NCBI GenBank assembly: GCA_964016885.1
Contig: OZ024751.1
Location: forward strand, 42,594,001 to 42,658,000
DNA: 64,000 nt
Reading direction: 5' to 3'
From: Eledone cirrhosa
Lineage: Eukaryota
Shown here: positions 57,421 to 64,000 of the stretch, piece by piece
Position numbering within the stretch: the first letter of the stretch is position 1
How the letters are laid out: each line of letters begins with the position of its first letter
Translations under genes and position numbers: made by a program
The notes under the pieces: generated by a model
Seen by the model: only the letters and a program-made list of their open reading frames with translations
What the model was told of the DNA's origin: nothing
Databases searched by the model: none

Positions 57421-60400
57421 CAATCTAATAAAAACACAAGGGCCTAACTTCACCCAGGCAGGGGATTTCCCCCACCTCAAAATGATTAAGGCCCCACAGG
57501 ACACCTATAAAACTTTAAAAAACAATTTTAAAGAGGACGTGGGTCCCCCCTGCGTCGGGCCCATTAACCGCGTCCTCCTAAAAAACTATCCCACCCCCTC
57601 CCCAAACACCCTCACAACTCCAAGCTCCCCAACCACACAACACACTGATGCCCCCACACTTCCACAAACCACCACCCCACCCAACAACCCATCCCCCACC
57701 CTAATGGAAATTGTGCAGCCCGATACCCGGGACGCAGAGAGGTAAGTGCCTTTTCTCTTCACCACCAACATGGCTATGCTAAGAGTAGGCTGTTTAAATG
57801 CGCGTGGCCTGGGCTCAACTTGGAAGCAAGCAATGCTTCTAAATGACCTCAGGTCACAACGTATAGATGTGATGGTTATTTGCGAGGCCCGGATCAGCAA
57901 CGTGCGACAGCTGGCCCCCACCTTTGATGACTTTGAGATGCACGCATCTCTCTGTCAGCCCGGAGGTGGGGGTGGAGTTGTCGTTCTGCTGCAAAAACAT
58001 CTGGGTCTCGCAACACAGATGGTACATTTGGACCCGGAGGGTCGACTAGTGGTTCTGGACCTTGGCAGTGGTAAAGGCGGAGCGTTTAGGTTGGTAGCCG
58101 CCTACGGCCCTTTCGGGTCAATGCGGCCGGACTTCTTCCATCGTCTGGAGACTTTTCTAGGGACGTCCCGCTCCTTGCTATTAGTGGGGGACTGGAATGG
58201 TATCCTAGATGCACGCTGGGACTACGTAGGGGCCTGCCCCGATAGAGAGGGGTGTAATAGCCTCAAAGGGTTAATCGGTCGATTTGACCTGGCCGATAGA
58301 TATCGACTAGATTTTCCGACTGCGCCAACCTGGACTTGGGCAAATCGTAGCGGATCATCTAGGTCGTACCTAGATAGGTTCTTAGTTAGAATTAAGGATA
58401 AGGACTTTTTAAGTTGTCCAAAAATGCGCATTGTTGGCTATTCAGACCACAAATTAGTGACCTGCATGGTCAACCTTGACAGAACTCATAGACAGGGCCC
58501 CGGTTACTGGAAGCTCAACTTGTCCTTGCCGGCAAGTAGAGCCTACAGGAATCGGATTAGTACGTTAGTTAAGGAACGGTTGACTGGAGCGATCGTCAAC
58601 AGCAGGTGGTGGGTATCTCTAAAGAGAGAGATTAGAGTAGTCTCGATAGAATTTAGTAAGGTTCTAGCTGCGGATAGGAATAGGAAGGAAAGGGAGCTAA
58701 TAGATAGAGTAGAAGAGGCAATTAGAAGCGGCGACGTGGCCAGAGTGCTAGCGTCGAGAACGGCTTTGAGCCAGTTTTTCGACGCGAAGCACGAAGGCTG
58801 CGTTGTCCGAAGTAAAATACGTGCTCTAGGGAACGAGGGGACCAAAGCTGTTAGCTGGGCCCGCGTGACAGAGGCCAACAGTGGAACTAAATCCACCATC
58901 CGGTCTTTGCGAGACCTGGATGGACGGGCGATTCTTGAGCCTAAGCAGATGTGTGAGGCCTTTCAAAGGCACTTTGCCCGACTGTTCGGGAGGGGCGGGG
59001 AGCCGGTTGGGAACGTGGACTTCGGTCCATACCTCGACGGCCTGCCGCGCCTCTCGGACAGGGAGGCGAAGTCCTGCGAAGATCCGATTTCGGCCGCTGA
59101 GATAGAGGACGTGCTGAGCCAATGCGGCAAACGCAAATCCCCGGGTCTCGATGGTCTTCCTTACGAATTATATCTAGCTATGCCGGACTTGTTCCCCGAT
59201 CTCCTCGAGGCGGTCTACTGCAACTGGCAACAGAACGGGAGAATTCCCTGTACTGTGACCAAGGGCGTAGTCACGCTAGTGAGGAAGGACGAGAACAAGG
59301 GGGACGAAATAAGTAACTTCAGGCCCATAACACTGCTAAATACAGAGTTACAGATTTTGGCCAAGGTGCTAGCAAAGAGGTTGGCGCTTGTCGTGGGCAA
59401 CCTGGTGGGAGATGCGCAGACATGCGCTATCCCGTCCAGGTCCATCCATGACAACCTCCACCTCATGCGATACATCATAGAGAGGGTTGGGAACGAACCC
59501 GGCTTTGGTGGGGCTCTGATCAACTTGGATCAATCTAAGGCGTTCGATAGGGTCGACCATGGTTACCTGGATGCGGTGCTAGCGGCGGCAGGCTTCGGAC
59601 CCGTTTTCAGGGGCTGGATCACTGCTATGCACAGCAGCCGCATCTGCTCTAGGGTCAAGGTGAACGGCTACCTCTCGGAGCCGTTCAAAATCGCGCGGTC
59701 CATCCGACAAGGGTGCCCTCTCTCCTCCCTTCTGTATGTGTTGACTCTCGAGCCACTACTGCGGAAGTTGGAGTTGTTGCAGGGCATCCCTTTGGAACCG
59801 GGATTGCGGAAAGCGGTGTCGGCCTACGCCGATGACGTGACAGTAATGGTGTCGACGGCCTCCGAAATCGAGGCGGTCGGCACCTTACTGGAGGAGTACG
59901 AAAAGTTCACAGGGGCTAAGCTGAACCGGGACAAGTCGATCGGTTTGCAACTCGGCACGTGGAGGGGCAGACCGATGCCCTCCGATAGCGTCGTCGGACG
60001 CTGGACGGAGGGCCCGGTGAAGTTGCTCGGGGTCTGGTTCGGACCGGACCTCCAGGTGGAGAAAAACTGGGCGGAGGTTACGAACAGGGTGTTTGCACTG
60101 ACCCAGAAGTGGGCCAGTTGCAAACTATCCCTGAAAGGCCGGGCGGAGGTGGCGAACACCTACATAGCGTCCGTCATCTACTACCGCCTGACCGTAGTGC
60201 CCTGCCCAAGGGAAACCCTCACCAAGATGGAGCGCGCGCTCTTCCAATTCCTTTGGAAGAGGCGGGCTCCTATGGTGAGGAGATCCATCTGCTGTCAACA
60301 CCCTTCGAAAGGAGGGCTGGGGATGCCGTGGCTAATGATGCGTAAACACGCATTAAGGCTACGGCACCTCTACGTATTCCTCACCGGACAACCGGTGTGG

Positions 60401-61470
60401 GCCTCGTTTGTGAGACGAACCTTTCCCAGACTCGTCTCACTCACCGAGCTGCAATCCTGGGTCAAGCAAAGACCGAGAAAACTGGGCGCCTGGCACACTG
60501 AGTGTGCCCAGGCGCTCACCGCCCTCTGGCAGGCGGATCCGGTTATCAGTGGAGACTCCACCGCAACATTCTATAGAGGGCTGGTACGCAGCAGGTGCGA
60601 CGACGCCCTCGGAGAAGCCCTAGACATGGAGGAGGACGAACTGGCCAGCCTGTTCGGTAGGACATTCAGCCCGGGACCTATGGACAACTTCCAGAAGTCC
60701 CTGGCCTGGCAGTGCTACCGAGGGGCTTTACCCGTTCGAGAAAGGCTCTACAGACACGGGCGCCCGGGTAGGGACCCCGCCAAAAAGATCTGTCCCAGAT
60801 GCGTGTGCGACGAGGAAACCGTTGCACACGCATTAGTACACTGCTCGGGCGTAGCCGATCTGTGGGGCTATGTCGAACAACTGCTGTCAAGGGTGGGACC
60901 GATCCGGTTGACCACCGAGTCTATTGTAATGATCAAGCCGCCTCCCCCCTTCAAAGATGAAGCAGAGGCGGTGTTTCTGTGCGTAATAGCCATGGCGAAA
61001 GAGGTTGTATGGTGGACGCGTCTGAAAGGACTGAGGTCGGGCACCTTTCTCTCTGGCCAACAACTGGTCCGTTTCTTCCGATATCATTTCGGAAGAAGGA
61101 TCAGGATGGAGAGAGAGGTGCTGCACCCCAGCCGTTTCTATGAAAGATGGGTGAAAGTGGCGAGAATGGCCCGTGTGAATGGGCCTTCACTCTACATCAG
61201 ACTATAGGTGAGGAAGATGAAAGACCAAGGGAGCACCCCTTCTCTGTGCTCCTGAGGAGAAGGGTTGCACACTTTTTTCGGGGGTGTGTGCGACCCCCCA
61301 AGGCGCCTCCTCTCTATTGAGGATTTTGTTAAAAATTTTATTTTTTGTTATATCTTATTTTATTTTTATATTTTGTTATTGCCTCCTCCTTATTGAGGAC
61401 GCCTTTTTGTGTAAACTCCCCCCTTTGTACTTGTCCCACTTTTGATGCCCTAGTGGCAAATAAAAGAAAT
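57421..61470 (+). mobile_element. Tx1/L1-type non-LTR retrotransposon, 5'-truncated within ORF1
   Basis: Probable ORF1 C-terminal remnant (stop 57743-57745), intact ORF2, 3' UTR with AATAAA; (CTAT)n on both sides. Confidence 0.92.
57770..61207 (+). CDS. ORF2p: AP endonuclease, reverse transcriptase and Zn knuckle (1145 aa from first ATG)
   Basis: APE motifs LNARGL, ICE, VGDWN, YLDRF, SDH; GPGYWKLN linker; RT motifs KSPGLDG, FRPITLLN, LDQSKAFDRVDH, RQGCPLS, YADD; CPRC...HALVHC. Confidence 0.95.
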   Translation: MAMLRVGCLNARGLGSTWKQAMLLNDLRSQRIDVMVICEARISNVRQLAPTFDDFEMHASLCQPGGGGGVVVLLQKHLGLATQMVHLDPEGRLVVLDLGSGKGGAFRLVAAYGPFGSMRPDFFHRLETFLGTSRSLLLVGDWNGILDARWDYVGACPDREGCNSLKGLIGRFDLADRYRLDFPTAPTWTWANRSGSSRSYLDRFLVRIKDKDFLSCPKMRIVGYSDHKLVTCMVNLDRTHRQGPGYWKLNLSLPASRAYRNRISTLVKERLTGAIVNSRWWVSLKREIRVVSIEFSKVLAADRNRKERELIDRVEEAIRSGDVARVLASRTALSQFFDAKHEGCVVRSKIRALGNEGTKAVSWARVTEANSGTKSTIRSLRDLDGRAILEPKQMCEAFQRHFARLFGRGGEPVGNVDFGPYLDGLPRLSDREAKSCEDPISAAEIEDVLSQCGKRKSPGLDGLPYELYLAMPDLFPDLLEAVYCNWQQNGRIPCTVTKGVVTLVRKDENKGDEISNFRPITLLNTELQILAKVLAKRLALVVGNLVGDAQTCAIPSRSIHDNLHLMRYIIERVGNEPGFGGALINLDQSKAFDRVDHGYLDAVLAAAGFGPVFRGWITAMHSSRICSRVKVNGYLSEPFKIARSIRQGCPLSSLLYVLTLEPLLRKLELLQGIPLEPGLRKAVSAYADDVTVMVSTASEIEAVGTLLEEYEKFTGAKLNRDKSIGLQLGTWRGRPMPSDSVVGRWTEGPVKLLGVWFGPDLQVEKNWAEVTNRVFALTQKWASCKLSLKGRAEVANTYIASVIYYRLTVVPCPRETLTKMERALFQFLWKRRAPMVRRSICCQHPSKGGLGMPWLMMRKHALRLRHLYVFLTGQPVWASFVRRTFPRLVSLTELQSWVKQRPRKLGAWHTECAQALTALWQADPVISGDSTATFYRGLVRSRCDDALGEALDMEEDELASLFGRTFSPGPMDNFQKSLAWQCYRGALPVRERLYRHGRPGRDPAKKICPRCVCDEETVAHALVHCSGVADLWGYVEQLLSRVGPIRLTTESIVMIKPPPPFKDEAEAVFLCVIAMAKEVVWWTRLKGLRSGTFLSGQQLVRFFRYHFGRRIRMEREVLHPSRFYERWVKVARMARVNGPSLYIRL

Positions 61471-61471
61471 A

Positions 61472-61543
<72 letters not shown>

Positions 61544-61552
61544 CATCTATCC

Positions 61553-61641
<89 letters not shown>

Positions 61642-61743
61642 ATCTATCTATTTCTATCTATCTATCTAGAAAGGCAAAGAAAAAGCTACAATAAAATGGG
61701 AATAAGAAACAAAATGAAGTATAGAGACATGGAGCAGATGGAT

Positions 61744-61776
<33 letters not shown>

Positions 61777-62102
61777 CACATACATACACATACACAGAGA
61801 GAGAGAGACATACAAACATATATATGCACGCACACATACACACACGGATACACATTTACACACACGCACGCTTACACACAGGCACACACAGACATAAACA
61901 TACGCATACACTCCCATACATAGCCACACACAGACGCAAATACTTACATACGTACATACGTACACACGTACACACGTACACACGTACACACACCTGTACC
62001 CCCCCACCCTTCCCCCAGTCACACTCGCTCATACACATAGACACATACACGTACACACACAGATATATCTATATATCTAGAGAGAGAGAGAGAGTGAGAG
62101 AG

Positions 62103-62277
<175 letters not shown>

Positions 62278-62311
62278 AGAGAGAGAGTGACAGAGAGAGA
62301 GATAGAGAGAG

Positions 62312-62360
<49 letters not shown>

Positions 62361-62380
62361 CAGAGAGAGAGAGAGATAGA

Positions 62381-62457
<77 letters not shown>

Positions 62458-63252
62458 AGAGAGAGAGAGAGACAGAGACAGTGAAAGAACGAGAGAGAGT
62501 GACAGAGAGCGAGAGAGAGACAGAGACAGTGAAAGAGCGAGAGAGAGAGACAGAGACAGTGAAAGAACGAGAGAGAGTGACAGAGAGCGAGAGAGAGAGA
62601 CAGAGACAGTGAAAGAGCGAGAGAGAGAGACAGAGACAGTGAAAGAACGAGAGAGAGTGACAGAGAGAGAGAGAGAGAGAGACAGAGACAGTGAAAGAAC
62701 GAGAGAGAGTGACAGAGAGCGAGAGAGAGACAGAGACAGTGAAAGAGCGAGAGAGAGAGACAGAGACAGTGAAAGAACGAGAGAGAGTGACAGAGAGAGA
62801 GAGAGAGAGACAGAGACAGTGAAAGAGCGAGAGAGAGAGCCAGTAGACTGAGCAGGACGAACTGCAGCAATGAAATCAATAAGGTATTTAACATATTTAC
62901 GATGTCGCTTCCTTTAAAGTCCTTTGAGTTTGATTTACTAGAGTCACTTCTGTTTCTCTTCCTAAATTAATTTCCTATAAAACTCTATCGTCACACATTC
63001 CACTGACAGATTACTGTCACATACTTTTATTCATTAATATAACATTCTATTTTATTTTTATTTCCCTTGGACCCTTACCCCACCATCTTCCTCTCTACCA
63101 TCACGTGACCTACTATCAATCTTCTACAGAGACTTCTACGGTAATCTAATCCAATAACCATGTTTTTCTACCATGTATCTACTATATACCAACCTTCTTG
63201 CTTGTCTTTTATGGAAAACTAATCATTCGTTTAAAATATGCATAACTCACCC

Positions 63253-63343
<91 letters not shown>

Positions 63344-63799
63344 ATATATATATTGTGCTATTTTTGAAAACTTTTGCAATAACTACACACGCTGAATTCA
63401 CTGGCCAAAATAGGGGTTTTCTCCCTTGGAACCTCACATGTGCTTTCATAACCTGTGAGATTCTGGACCACGAAGAACAAAATGCCTGTTGAGAAAGCGA
63501 TGCCTTGTTCGATCATTATACCAAAAGGTTATTCTTTATAAGCAGACAGTATTATTGATTTAGGTGTTGCAGAAACCCAAATTCGGAGTATTCCATCTTC
63601 CCCGAGGGTCCGGGTAACTATTTCAATCATATCTTATTTTGTTTGACCCGTTTAGCTTGTTCGCTTATTTGGCTCTGGTGGTTAATGGATTCTTAACCAT
63701 CGTCTCAGTTTGTATGACCTTTTTAACTTATGTTTATAGCTCTGGTATCTTCTTCATATCCATGGAGCGCTTGTCTACACATTACGGAAGTTGCGTTTC

Positions 63800-63896
63800 G
63801 CTAATTTCTAAATAGCTTGCCAAGACATGCAAGGCCTTACAACTACAAACGTTTATACCTCATTACACAATGTTCCAAGTGAACTATAACTTCCTC

Positions 63897-63900
<4 letters not shown>
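63800..63900 (+). mobile_element. family C 3' tail
   Basis: CAAACGTTTATACCTCATTACACAATGTTCCAAGTGAACTATAAC then (TA)n; preceded by TTCTAAATAGCTTGCCAAG as at 48061. Confidence 0.7.
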
Positions 63901-63934
<34 letters not shown>

Positions 63935-63949
63935 CGAATATATGTATAT

Positions 63950-64000
63950 ATAACGAAGAAAGTGTGGTAAGAAGGAACCAGGTGGACCACAACGCACCAG
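63950..64000 (-). mobile_element. family A tail, runs off the window
   Basis: TAACGAAG...GTGGTAAG...GGAACCAGGTGGACCACAACGCACCA. Confidence 0.75.

Noticed and set aside
58222-61126. Antisense and alternate-frame ORFs within the LINE
   Set aside because: Expected shadow ORFs of a GC-rich coding region

Overview
AT-rich, microsatellite-saturated animal genomic DNA. The SINE families and the (TA)n/(CA)n/(CAC)n density suggest a cephalopod (Octopus-like) genome; this is inference. Almost all ORFs in the track are microsatellite translation artefacts. Solid features are one tRNA-Arg(CCG) gene, a 5'-truncated Tx1/L1-type LINE with an intact APE-RT ORF2 inside a (TATC)n tract, 3' fragments of R4/Dong-like, RTE and Tx1 LINEs, many tRNA-derived SINEs and a 42-bp minisatellite. 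The main signal is a dense set of short (TA)n-flanked elements that look like Penelope-like-element (PLE) terminal repeats or retrozymes. They carry about 7 readable type-I hammerhead ribozyme (HHR) motifs, mostly with palindromic stem III, and they often form fold-back palindromes that turn at the ribozyme hairpin. One family (3 loci: ~14.0, 30.5-31.1 and 40.4 kb) has all invariant hammerhead nucleotides in a reversed strand order (UH -> GAAA -> CUGANGA). It shows covarying stems and a box C/D-type kink-turn, and one copy begins exactly at the predicted cleavage site. This is a candidate pseudoknotted hammerhead of unusual topology. All RNA structures were read by eye and are untested.
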